A stretch of 64,000 nt of DNA from Pseudomonadota bacterium (lineage in GTDB: Bacteria; Myxococcota_A; Polyangia; Fen-1088): assembly GCA_017881245.1 (NCBI GenBank), contig JADGRC010000193.1, positions 21,747 to 85,746 of the forward strand, in the 5' to 3' direction. The position numbers were made by a program, and so were the translations under genes. Of this stretch, positions 8,890 through 17,746 are shown in pieces. The first letter of the stretch is position 1, and each line of letters begins with the position of its first letter. The notes under the pieces were generated by a model. The model saw nothing but the letters and a program-made list of their open reading frames with translations. It was not told the DNA's origin and searched no databases.

Positions 8890-10301
8890 GGCGCCGACCT
8901 CGGTTTGGGTGTGACGTTGTCCGTCGGCCCCGACGGCCCCGCTCCATTCCCGTCGCGTCGCGCGGAGGGACGGGGCCAATGGAGCGGCTTCCAGTTTCCA
9001 ACGGCGAGCTCGCGCGAGGCGAATTCCCAAATCACGACCTTCTTGCCAGCCAGCCGATCCGGTTGTCCGGCCTCCGGACTCGCGAGCTCGTTCGAGAGCA
9101 GCTTTCGCGTCGCGAACGCGCCGGAATCGTTCTGTGCGATGACGTCGACGTCGCGTTGAAGAGCGCGTGCGAGCTGCGGCGCCAGACCGGCAGCCTCGCC
9201 CCAACCCATCTGTTCCAACGTGAACACGTTTGTAAAGCTGTCACCAAGCAGCAGGACCTCAGCCGCCGGTTTTGGTTCAAAGAGCGCGCCCGCGCCATCC
9301 TGCACCTCGTGAACCGTAACGGTCTGGGGCGCAAAGAGCGTCTGTCCTGCCGGCAGTCCTATCATGTCCACGACGTCCCCGACTCGCGAAACGGTCTTCG
9401 AGACCGTCGTCCACGGCCGGCTCGGCGCGTTCGGATTCAACGCCACCCGCTGGCGAATGAAAGCCCCGAGCGCACGCGCGATATCTTCCATCCACGCGGG
9501 CGTCCAGTGCGTATCCTGTTGGAGAAATAGCGGTTGTCCCGGGTCGAGGCGCGCCGGCGTCGGATCGAACACCAATACGCCCGCGGACTCCAACTCGGCG
9601 ACTAGCCGGTCCTGATCGGGATTTCGTCCCGGCGACAAACCGCGTCCGCCTCCGACGCGCCCGTGCAGTTGCGCGGGCTGGAGGCCGGCCTTGTCTGGTA
9701 CCGGAAACAGGATGAGGCGGATGCCGCGGCTTGCCAGGAAGGCGTGAAAATCGAGTATCGCCGGTCGTGGATCCGGATACACGGCCTCGCCACCCGCATC
9801 CAGCGCCGCCTTCGCGCGGCTCCGCAGAATCGGCGGGTCAAGCAGTCCTGGCCCGCCGACCGCGACTAGTCCAGGCTGATAGAACAGCCATCCGTTCTTG
9901 CCGACCACGGCCTTCGAGTTTCCGAAGCCACCGATGGCCGTCAACGCGAGTTGCAGGCGCGGACGGATCGCCTCGCGGGGGTAGGACGCCTTTTCCAGAT
10001 CCTCCTCGAATTGTTTGATGCTGTCCTGGGTCGGCCAGCGGGAAAACAGGTCCGGCAACACGGACTCGTCACCTTTGACGCGTTCCATGATCGTCTGGGC
10101 GATCGACACGGCGCCGATGATCAACAGGAACAGCCCCGTCAGGAACGCGGCCGTGGGGCGCCCGATCCGCGTGTGCAAAATCCCGCGGCGCAGCTCATCG
10201 TCATGCGACGGGTCCGTGGGGCCACCGCGGGTGGGGTGACCGGCAGGCAACGGGCGCAGCTCGCGGGCGGCGCGTGGATTTGTGGGTCGATTCGAGCTCA
10301 T
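8886..10301 (-). CDS. Membrane-anchored AlgJ/AlgX-type O-acetyltransferase-like protein
   Basis: N-terminal TM anchor (AAFLTGLFLLIIGAVSIAQTI). FLQQDTHWTPAW (D-x-H-W) and LLLGDSFTNVF match the same triad pattern as alginate AlgJ/AlgX. Confidence 0.8.
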   Translation of the reverse strand: MSSNRPTNPRAARELRPLPAGHPTRGGPTDPSHDDELRRGILHTRIGRPTAAFLTGLFLLIIGAVSIAQTIMERVKGDESVLPDLFSRWPTQDSIKQFEEDLEKASYPREAIRPRLQLALTAIGGFGNSKAVVGKNGWLFYQPGLVAVGGPGLLDPPILRSRAKAALDAGGEAVYPDPRPAILDFHAFLASRGIRLILFPVPDKAGLQPAQLHGRVGGGRGLSPGRNPDQDRLVAELESAGVLVFDPTPARLDPGQPLFLQQDTHWTPAWMEDIARALGAFIRQRVALNPNAPSRPWTTVSKTVSRVGDVVDMIGLPAGQTLFAPQTVTVHEVQDGAGALFEPKPAAEVLLLGDSFTNVFTLEQMGWGEAAGLAPQLARALQRDVDVIAQNDSGAFATRKLLSNELASPEAGQPDRLAGKKVVIWEFASRELAVGNWKPLHWPRPSARRDGNGAGPSGPTDNVTPKPRSAP

Positions 10302-10325
10302 TTCGAGATCACGGCGTCGGGATTG

Positions 10326-11810
10326 TCAGAATTGAAAGTAAAGGAACGGGTTGGTGCTCTGCGTCCACATGACCAGGATGGACAACATCAAGAGCCCCAT
10401 CGCGAAGACCGCTCGCGGAGGAGAAAGACGAGTCGTGAACGCCCACGTATTCGGGGCGGCCCAGACCAGAATGCCGGCGAGAATGAAGATGCTGACGTGA
10501 TAGCGCGTGTACAGCGCTCCGGCGAGCGCATCCGCGCCGGCGGTTATCCGTGCCCTCGAAATTCCAAATAGCGATTCGCAGTACGTTACCGCCTGGGTGA
10601 GCGTCTTGGCCCGAAAGAAGACCCAGCCGAGACAAACGATCAAGAAGGTGAGGGCGATACGGACAGGACGCGGGAGGCGGCGCCTGTTGTCACGGCTCCG
10701 CAGCGCCTTTCTTTTTGCCTCCTGTGCTCGCTCAAAGGCCAGCATCCCCCCATGCAAGGCCCCCCAAAGGACGAAATTCCAGCTGGCCCCGTGCCACAGG
10801 CCTCCGAGCAGCATCACGACCGTCAGATTGATGTACGTGCGGCGCTCGCCTCGGCGATTTCCGCCGAGCGGGATGTAAAGATAGTCGCGCAGCCAGGTCG
10901 ACAAGCTGATGTGCCAGCGTCGCCAAAAGTCCGTGATTCCCTCGGCCTGATAGGGCGAGTTGAAGTTTTGGATCAACACGAAGCCCATCATCAACGCCAG
11001 ACCGCACGCCATGTCGGAGTAGCCCGAGAAATCGAAGTAAATTTGAAACGCATATCCGAACAGACCGAACCAAGCGTCATGCGGCGGCAGCGCTCCTGCG
11101 GCGAATGCCGTATCGGCGATGTGCCCCATGGGATTGGCGATGAGGATCTTCTTTGCCATGCCGAGGGCGAAGAAACTGACGCCGCGCGCGAACTTGTCGA
11201 GGGTGTGCTGACGCACGCGCATCTGCTCCTCGATGGCGGCGTACCGGATAATGGGTCCGGCGACCAGATCGGGAAAAAACGCCTCGAAGCACAGATAGTC
11301 GACGAACCGGCGCATGGGACGCGCGTCGCCACGATAGACATCCACCGCGTAGCTCATGGCCTTGAACGTGTAGAACGAGATCCCCACCGGCAGAACCAGG
11401 TGAAACACCGGCAGCGCTCCCGCACCGAGCCCCAGTGCCTGCGCCAAGGCGTTAACGTTCTCGGCCACGAAGCCCGTGTATTTGAAGGCCGCCAACAAGC
11501 CCAAGTTCGTGATGATCGAGATCGCGAGAACAATCTTCATGGCCCGGGTCCGCGGAACCTTGCGATCGATCACCGGCGGCAGCCCGTCCAGGTCAGGAAG
11601 GCCGGATAACCTCACCAGGGCCAGCCCGCAGAAGTAATCCACGCTGGAGCCAAAGAACATGATCACGGCCCAGATCGGATTCGCCCAACCATAGAAAACA
11701 TAACTGGAACATGCGATGAGCGCGGTGCGCGCCCGAAACGGCAGTGCGTAGTAGACCGCCAGCACCAACGGCAGGAAGTAGAAGAGAAAGACGTGGCTGG
11801 TGAAGACCAT
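10326..11810 (-). CDS. MBOAT-family membrane O-acyltransferase (AlgI/PatA/DltB-like)
   Basis: MVFTSHVFLFYFLPLVLAVYYALP is a typical AlgI N-terminus. Multi-pass membrane protein. Conserved RRWHISLSTWLRDYLYIPLGG and LGGLWHGASWNFVLWG (catalytic His region). Confidence 0.9.
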   Translation of the reverse strand: MVFTSHVFLFYFLPLVLAVYYALPFRARTALIACSSYVFYGWANPIWAVIMFFGSSVDYFCGLALVRLSGLPDLDGLPPVIDRKVPRTRAMKIVLAISIITNLGLLAAFKYTGFVAENVNALAQALGLGAGALPVFHLVLPVGISFYTFKAMSYAVDVYRGDARPMRRFVDYLCFEAFFPDLVAGPIIRYAAIEEQMRVRQHTLDKFARGVSFFALGMAKKILIANPMGHIADTAFAAGALPPHDAWFGLFGYAFQIYFDFSGYSDMACGLALMMGFVLIQNFNSPYQAEGITDFWRRWHISLSTWLRDYLYIPLGGNRRGERRTYINLTVVMLLGGLWHGASWNFVLWGALHGGMLAFERAQEAKRKALRSRDNRRRLPRPVRIALTFLIVCLGWVFFRAKTLTQAVTYCESLFGISRARITAGADALAGALYTRYHVSIFILAGILVWAAPNTWAFTTRLSPPRAVFAMGLLMLSILVMWTQSTNPFLYFQF

Positions 11811-11954
11811 GCAGTCTGTAGTGTCGGTCCACCCGGTCGAACGGTTCGTCAGGGGGGACGACGACGGTGGCGGGGGTGACGGGACAAGGACATTGGCACA
11901 TTGGCGTTGGATTCGCGACTGATCGGAGCACCATGTTTGGCTAAAACAGGCGGG

Positions 11955-11980
11955 AATCGGCAGTGATCGGCAGAAATCGG
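11955..11980 (+). repeat. Three helically phased direct repeats (ATCGG at exactly 10-bp spacing; the first two copies are ATCGGCAG)
   Basis: gAATCGGCAGtgATCGGCAGaaATCGGatt, with ATCGG at 11956-60, 11966-70 and 11976-80. It lies 13 bp upstream of the ATG at 11993 in the divergent promoter region. Confidence 0.5.
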
Positions 11981-11992
11981 ATTGTCAAAGTG

Positions 11993-13990
11993 ATGAAAAA
12001 CCCCCAGGCGCTACCCCTCACCGGCGTGCGTGAGCGCTGGCATCGGAGACTGGTGTTGCCGGCACTTTTTGCCGGCGCCTTCGTTATCGCCCTTTCGCCC
12101 GTTTCGGATGGCGACATCTTTTGGCACCTCGCGGCGGGGCGCGAGATGGTCCGTCGCCATGACTGGCTCAGAACCGATCCGTTTACCTTGAGCGCGGCAG
12201 GACGGCCCTGGCTGGACATTCACTGGCTTTTTCAACTAGCCGTTTTTGCCATCTATCGCGTCGTGGGACTTACCGGTCTAGTCGTTGCGAAGGGCATCAC
12301 GGTTGCATGCGGTGCCGTCATCCTGGCGCGCACGGTTGAAAAATCGGAACGTCGAGACTCCCGCCTCAACCTGAGCTTGTGCGCGGTCGCTCTGCTCGCG
12401 GCGCTCTTCCTGGCGCGCCATTTGTTGCTCGCGCGGCCCGTCATCTTGACGCTGCTGATGCTGGCGCTGTTTGTCGCGGTACTCGAGGGTTGTCGAAACG
12501 GGTCCACGCGCCGGCTCATTTGGCTGCCGGTTCTCCAGATCGTGTGGTCCAACTGTCAGGGTCTGGCCGTGCTGGGGCCGATCCTGATCGCGATCTATCT
12601 TGTGGCGGCGCTGCTCTCGCCGCTGGCCAGCGGCGAGAGCTGGCCCTTCGAGGATGAGCATTCCTTACCGCGGAGGGCACTGGGAATCACGCTGGCCTTT
12701 TGTTGCTTGGGTCTGCTGGCGACGCCATTTGGTTGGAAAGCCATCGCTCTTCCGGGGGGGCTTCTTCTGCGCCTCGTCCCAGGGCAAGGGAATGTCTTCT
12801 CCACGCAGATCGCGGAAAATATTCCGCCGTGGCTTTTGGAACGTACGGCCCCGGCCGAGACGGCACATCTTGGGTGGGTGCTCGGGGCGCTCGCTCTGTG
12901 CATCGCCCTGTCGCGCGAGCGGCTGGCCTTGTCGCGGCTACTAGTTTTGATTGGGTTCGCGTCCCTGGCGCTGATGGCCAATCGCAATGTTCTGTTGTTC
13001 TATTGGCTGGCATCCCCGATCGCTGCGATGGCCATGGCTTCCCGCCTGCGCGAAGTGGTGGCGCGTCTTGCGACCATTGGGGTCCCCGAAAGGTGGTGGC
13101 GTTGGCTTGCCCCAGGCTTGGCGGCCCTGGTGATGTTTGGCCAGATCGCCCTAGCCATCGTCGCGCAAAGAGGCGAGGGCGAAATCGGCGTTCCCGCGGC
13201 ATTTCATTTTCCCGTCGAATCAGCTCGCTATCTGCGTGGGATCGCGGCGTCGGGGCCCATCTTCGCTCCCGACCACCACGGCGGTTATTTGGAGCTGACG
13301 GTCCCGGAATTGAGGCCGTTCATCGACACAAGATTGGTGTTGCACACGGCCGAAGAGTATGAAGCCTATTTAGACGTCGTGGCGAATCCGGAAAAGTTCG
13401 ACGTGCTGGCGGAGACGCAGAAATTCCGGTACGTCGTCCTGACCACGGCATACCCCGATCGCTACATCGGATTGGCGCAACATCTCGCCACCAACGGCGC
13501 ATGGCATCTGGTTTTCACGGATGGTTCGGAAGTTGTATTTGCGCGCGAAGGGGCCTCCATGGGGTTGGGGGACAGGGCGACCACCGACGCGATTCTTGCA
13601 ACCCTCGCGACGCGATTCTCAAATTCGGAGAAGCTGCTTGACACGTCGCTGCTGAATTTCGCCAGGCTTCTGATCGTTCTCGGCGAAACCCGCGAGGCTC
13701 AAATCGTGCTGTCCGCGTCGGCCTCGCGCGCGGCGGCGCAGATGCGGGCACGCGCCTGGTTCGTGGCCGGAGAACGTCGCGCCGCCGAGAGTCTGGCTCG
13801 CACCCTGCTGGATTCGGACGGTGACGACGTGCGGAGTCTGGCGCTACTCGCCCAAATCGCCATAGCGGAAGGTCACGGGGGCGCCGGCGCAGAGTGGCTT
13901 TCACGCGCGTTACGCATCGATCCGTACGATCCCGAGGCGCGGGCGGTCCTCGCGCGCCTGGAGAATCAGGACGGATTCATCATCCCTTGA
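11993..13990 (+). CDS. Polytopic membrane protein with GT-C-like features and a C-terminal TPR domain (putative lipid-linked-sugar glycosyltransferase)
   Basis: About 12 predicted TM segments. An acidic DGD motif follows TM1 (LSPVSDGDIFWHLAAGREM), as in the first periplasmic loop of ArnT/PMT-type enzymes. The soluble C-terminal third has TPR-like repeats (RAWFVAGERRAAESLARTLL...WLSRALRIDPYDPEARAVLARL). The fold assignment is inference. Confidence 0.6.
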   Translation: MKNPQALPLTGVRERWHRRLVLPALFAGAFVIALSPVSDGDIFWHLAAGREMVRRHDWLRTDPFTLSAAGRPWLDIHWLFQLAVFAIYRVVGLTGLVVAKGITVACGAVILARTVEKSERRDSRLNLSLCAVALLAALFLARHLLLARPVILTLLMLALFVAVLEGCRNGSTRRLIWLPVLQIVWSNCQGLAVLGPILIAIYLVAALLSPLASGESWPFEDEHSLPRRALGITLAFCCLGLLATPFGWKAIALPGGLLLRLVPGQGNVFSTQIAENIPPWLLERTAPAETAHLGWVLGALALCIALSRERLALSRLLVLIGFASLALMANRNVLLFYWLASPIAAMAMASRLREVVARLATIGVPERWWRWLAPGLAALVMFGQIALAIVAQRGEGEIGVPAAFHFPVESARYLRGIAASGPIFAPDHHGGYLELTVPELRPFIDTRLVLHTAEEYEAYLDVVANPEKFDVLAETQKFRYVVLTTAYPDRYIGLAQHLATNGAWHLVFTDGSEVVFAREGASMGLGDRATTDAILATLATRFSNSEKLLDTSLLNFARLLIVLGETREAQIVLSASASRAAAQMRARAWFVAGERRAAESLARTLLDSDGDDVRSLALLAQIAIAEGHGGAGAEWLSRALRIDPYDPEARAVLARLENQDGFIIP

Positions 13991-14068
13991 TGGTCAATCC
14001 CCAAAGGAAGACGGACGCGTCCGAGCGACCGGGGACGCTCCTCTTTGTCTCCGAAGCCCGTCGAACGA

Positions 14069-15067
14069 TCAGTGTGACGGGTGCGTCGCCAGCGTCTGTC
14101 GAGCCAACGAGCGGAACGGGCCGGCGGGATATATTTGAAGGTATCGCTCCGCGAACGCGCCCGCATCGGAGTCTCGGTTCGCGACCGCCGCCTCAATCGA
14201 TAGGGCCAGCGCCTCCTCCGCAAGGGCGCCGTTGGGATGCTGGGCCAAGTAGTCTCGCAACAAAGCCCGGGCGGAAACGGGATCCTTGCTCCGGCGTAGG
14301 GCCCGCATCGCCGCCAACACCGGCAGGTCGTCCTCGCTGATCGGCATCCGCGTCAGCTGTTGTGGCGGCACCCGCGTCGCCGAGGCGGGATCGCGCAGGT
14401 CTCGACGCTGCGCGATCTTCTTATTGAGATCGCCCCCTGCTCGTATTCTTGGAGCCGTCACCAGCGTCGGCTCGGGCGCTGGTGTGTCGAAGGCGTCGGG
14501 AGCGTCCGAGGGCGTCGCGACGTTCTGGTCCGTTGCGTCTATCGCGACTTGGCTCCCAACCGGGGACAGCCGGGCTTTCCGATGGCCTCGGCCGAGCGTC
14601 GTGAATTGTCCATCCGCGGACGACGCAGTCGGCGCAGACGGCGACGACCATGGGGCCAAACGCTCGTAAACGCGGACCGCCCACGCTGGCCAGTGACCCA
14701 GGGCGGCGCTCGCGATGGCCGTCCCGCCGACAACACACAGCAGAACCCCCAGTGCCATCGCGGCTCGCCAAACACGCGGCGCGGAGCGTCCCGTCCGGCG
14801 GGAAACGGATACCCAGACTCGCTGCCTTCGCAAGGGATTACCCTGATATCGTTCGGCGGTCTCCAACACCCGGAGTGCCCAAGCCTCGGCGGAGTCGGAA
14901 TTCCCTTGTGAATCCTCGGCAACCCCACTTCGGGCCTGGGCGTCGAGCAGGCGCGTCGGATCGACGTATCCGGCGCCAAGCGACCGCACGCCCAAAACGT
15001 TGACGACGTTCACCGAGCGCCCCCGTTGCGTTCCCACATCATCGTCTCCATCTCCCCTTGTCATCAC
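14069..15067 (-). CDS. Putative single-pass anti-sigma factor with a C-terminal TPR-like periplasmic domain
   Basis: Overlaps the stop of the upstream ECF sigma gene (GTGA/ATG at 15062-15067). Central TM helix (AAMALGVLLCVVGGTAIASAAL). C-terminal helical repeat (LLRDYLAQHPNGALAEEALALSIEAA...). No canonical zinc-finger anti-sigma motif was seen. Confidence 0.55.
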   Translation of the reverse strand: MMTRGDGDDDVGTQRGRSVNVVNVLGVRSLGAGYVDPTRLLDAQARSGVAEDSQGNSDSAEAWALRVLETAERYQGNPLRRQRVWVSVSRRTGRSAPRVWRAAMALGVLLCVVGGTAIASAALGHWPAWAVRVYERLAPWSSPSAPTASSADGQFTTLGRGHRKARLSPVGSQVAIDATDQNVATPSDAPDAFDTPAPEPTLVTAPRIRAGGDLNKKIAQRRDLRDPASATRVPPQQLTRMPISEDDLPVLAAMRALRRSKDPVSARALLRDYLAQHPNGALAEEALALSIEAAVANRDSDAGAFAERYLQIYPAGPFRSLARQTLATHPSH

Positions 15068-15789
15068 AGACTAGCCCTTCCTCGAGTCAGCTCTCGCTCG
15101 TAACCTTTTTGATACTTGGCCGCGAGCGCGAAGAATTCCTTTCGCGCGTGGTGCAACCGGGTCCAGACAGTGTTCAGCGGCACGTTTTGAATACGCGCGA
15201 TCTCCTCACCCGATAGCCCTTCGACCTCGAACAACACGAATGCGCTGCGGCGGTCCTCGTTCATCTTTTGCAACAGCATGTGCAATATTCGCCGCCGCTC
15301 TTTGTGTTCAAGCGCCGCCGCCGGGCCGCCGTCCCCATGCGGAAGGATGTCGGGCTCATCCGACCGCCGCTTCGTGAAGATATGCTTTACCCAGGTTCGG
15401 CGTCTGAAATCGCGGACCTGACGACGCGTAATTCGATAAAGCCAGCCGGCCGGGTTCGTTCCATCGAAGGAGCCCAGCCTGCGCCGAACCACCAGGAAGA
15501 CCTCCTGCACGATGTCGTCCCGGTCGGCTTCGAGCCCACCGAGCGCGCGGATCCATTTTTCGACGTCCTCGAACCACCTGTCGTAAAGGGCGCGGAAGCC
15601 ACCCGGATCGTCGGCAAGATTGCCGGTCGTTTCGACAACAACCACGATGGGAACGTGCCCCGTGTCCGTCCCCGTCGATTCTTCGGGAGAACAGGCTTGG
15701 CCCATGGGTTGGCGAGGGCGAGTTGAGGCATTAACCTTCATGAAAACGACCCTGTTACTAATCATACCGGATGGGTCAACTGGGCGCAC
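15064..15789 (-). CDS. ECF-type RNA polymerase sigma-70 family factor
   Basis: Region 2 (DRDDIVQEVFLVVRRRLGSFDG...GWLYRITRRQVRDFRRR) and region 4 HTH (LSGEEIARIQNVPLNTVWTRLHHARKEF). The true start is probably internal, for example the ATG at 15741. Confidence 0.85.
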   Translation of the reverse strand: MRPVDPSGMISNRVVFMKVNASTRPRQPMGQACSPEESTGTDTGHVPIVVVVETTGNLADDPGGFRALYDRWFEDVEKWIRALGGLEADRDDIVQEVFLVVRRRLGSFDGTNPAGWLYRITRRQVRDFRRRTWVKHIFTKRRSDEPDILPHGDGGPAAALEHKERRRILHMLLQKMNEDRRSAFVLFEVEGLSGEEIARIQNVPLNTVWTRLHHARKEFFALAAKYQKGYERELTRGRASL

Positions 15790-15834
15790 TTACACGACTC
15801 GCGCAGTCGCCAGGCATTCGGTTATCGTGATGCC

Positions 15835-16875
15835 GTGCGCGAGCGGGTCACGAGGACAGGTGCTAAGGCCGCGGCCTTGGTTTCGGCCCTGTTGACCGTA
15901 TCGACCGCGCGCGGCGCCGGCTCGGTTGAACCCGGTCCACCGGCAGGACGACAACCTGCCGACGCGACGCGCGTCCCCGATGCCGCCGAGCCTAGCGCCC
16001 CAACAGCCGCGGCGCCCAGTGAACCGTCGAAGGTGATTGGCGGCTCAAGCATGTGCCCACGACCCCAGGACGTTTGGGCGGAACTGGGCACGCTGGTTCC
16101 AAGCGAACGTCTGGCCCAGCGATTGGCCGAGGCCGCGGGGCCTTCATCGCCCGTGGAGATTTTTGATTTGGGCGTTCCCTATCGCGTGATCGCCGGGGGC
16201 CGGGTACGCGAATACCGCGACGAAACCCGCGACTGTGCGCATCGTGCACGCGTCGCCGCGGTATTTGTCGCGTTGGCGCTGGATCCTCCCGTCGCTTCAT
16301 CCGAGCCGCCCGCGACGATCCCAGCACCCGCCGCGAGCGAGGTTGCTCCCCCCGCCGCGCCCATTCGCCACTTGGCTCATCTGGAAGTCGGCGGGAGCGG
16401 GGACGCGGGCCTCGGTTCGGATGGGCACGTGGTTCAGGCGGGCGCGGTGCTTCGCTTGACGCTCGGCCGCGGAACCTGGGCCTTCCTGCTCGGGATCGCG
16501 GGATCGCTCCCGACGAACACGTCCGTCGGGGGACTGCGCGTGCGCCAACTGCGTCTGCCCGTCGACATCGGCGTGCGTGCCCGACTTTTCGGAGACGCGA
16601 CAACCCTTTACGGCGAAGCGGGTTTGGCCGCAGCGTGGCTCTCGGATCAGGCTCTTGACTTGTACACCAACCAGAGCCAAGTCGGCGTCGAAGTCGGGGC
16701 CTTCGCGGGCGTGGGTCTGTGTCTCAGACCGTCGGCCAGGTTCGGTCCATTTTTCGGCTTGCGGTCCGAACTCGTCCCGAGTCCCCCGGGTATTCTGGCG
16801 CTACCACGTGGGGTGGTCGGACATACGCCCATTCTGTGGTTCGGCGCGCTCGCGGGCGCCTCGATCGATTTCTGA
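15835..16875 (+). CDS. Putative outer-membrane beta-barrel protein, divergent from the ECF sigma gene
   Basis: Signal peptide (AAALVSALLTVSTARGAG). Pro/Ala-rich linkers. The C-terminal half has alternating hydrophobic strands and a terminal Phe (...GALAGASIDF), as in OMP beta-signals. Confidence 0.55.
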   Translation: MRERVTRTGAKAAALVSALLTVSTARGAGSVEPGPPAGRQPADATRVPDAAEPSAPTAAAPSEPSKVIGGSSMCPRPQDVWAELGTLVPSERLAQRLAEAAGPSSPVEIFDLGVPYRVIAGGRVREYRDETRDCAHRARVAAVFVALALDPPVASSEPPATIPAPAASEVAPPAAPIRHLAHLEVGGSGDAGLGSDGHVVQAGAVLRLTLGRGTWAFLLGIAGSLPTNTSVGGLRVRQLRLPVDIGVRARLFGDATTLYGEAGLAAAWLSDQALDLYTNQSQVGVEVGAFAGVGLCLRPSARFGPFFGLRSELVPSPPGILALPRGVVGHTPILWFGALAGASIDF

Positions 16876-16978
16876 AAACGCGACGCTTTCCATGGAGCAG
16901 CGAGGCGGCTCGCCGTGCGACGATTCTCGAAGGTAGTAGAACAGGGTGTGCCCGAAACCGTCGCGGTGGTGGCCGGGG

Positions 16979-17719
16979 TCAGATTGTCCCGCGTAGCAAG
17001 GACCATAACATTCCGATGTACTCGTGCTCGGCTGCATCGGTTGTGGCTAGCTGCCCGCTCGACGGGAGCACGGCGTATCGATTCGGCCAGTACCCCGCGG
17101 GCGCGGGTACCGGCTTCATGCCTTGTTTTTGAAAAAGGCGCATCGATCGACGCATGTGCAGGACTGACGTGACCAGAACGAAAGGCTCGTCACGAACGAT
17201 GGCGTGGACGAGCACGGCCTCGTCCTGCGTGTCGTCGGAGGCCGCCTCAAGAACCATGTCTGAACGCGGAACACCCAGTACCTCGGCGGCTTGCGCGAGA
17301 ACCTGCGCCTGCGAGACGTTGCCCCAGGCCGTTCCACCCGAAAGCACCAACTTCGCCCCTGGTCTAGTCCGGTAGAGTCTGATGGCCTCGACCAATCGCT
17401 CCAGGCCAGTCGCGTCGACGCGAAAGGTGGGCGGGACCTGCGGCACATCGGAATATCCGGAACCGAGTACGACAATCCATTTTGTCCCCGGCGCGTCGGT
17501 TAGGCTTTGCAGGGGCTTGAACTCCGCACGAAGTCCCCTAATCCACCCCGCGCAGATGCTGGTGGACGCGAGCAGCAGCACGCCCAGCGCCGTTGTCACC
17601 AGGACCTTCCCAGTTCGTTGTTTGGTGGTGAACCACAGAAGCGCGAGCCCGCCGACGAGAAGAGCCACCGCCACCGGGAGCGGCAACAGCATGTAAGACA
17701 CGAGCTTCTTCAGGAACAT
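16979..17719 (-). CDS. DUF218 (YdcF/ElyC/SanA-like) envelope protein
   Basis: N-terminal TM segments. WIVVLGSGY...LVLSGGTAWGNVSQAQVLAQAAEVLGVP...EAASDDTQDEA...FVLVTSVLHMRRS matches the DUF218 pattern. Confidence 0.8.
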   Translation of the reverse strand: MFLKKLVSYMLLPLPVAVALLVGGLALLWFTTKQRTGKVLVTTALGVLLLASTSICAGWIRGLRAEFKPLQSLTDAPGTKWIVVLGSGYSDVPQVPPTFRVDATGLERLVEAIRLYRTRPGAKLVLSGGTAWGNVSQAQVLAQAAEVLGVPRSDMVLEAASDDTQDEAVLVHAIVRDEPFVLVTSVLHMRRSMRLFQKQGMKPVPAPAGYWPNRYAVLPSSGQLATTDAAEHEYIGMLWSLLRGTI

Positions 17720-17746
17720 GGTCGGCCGCGCGCAGATCGGGTGTGT

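Noticed and set aside
7936-9204. N-terminal extensions of track ORFs (7936-9204, 17747-19906, 33167-34891, 41671-43143, 44150-45589, 51061-52542, 53227-54255, 29004-31016).
   Set aside because: The extensions are Arg-rich junk that overlaps the upstream gene. In most cases (7936-9204, 17747-19906, 41671-43143, 44150-45589, 53227-54255, 29004-31016) an internal ATG or GTG gives a 4-nt ATGA/GTGA overlap with the upstream stop and starts exactly at the signal peptide or Rossmann motif. For 33167-34891 and 51061-52542 the internal start was chosen from the signal peptide or typical N-terminus alone.
11894-11899. TGGCAC hexamers that looked like sigma-54 -24 elements (11894-11899, 35437-35442, 49387-49392).
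   Set aside because: None has a TTGC -12 element at the required spacing (GG to GC offset of 12). The downstream sequences are ATTGGCGTT, AGGTACATG and CTGCTTCCT.
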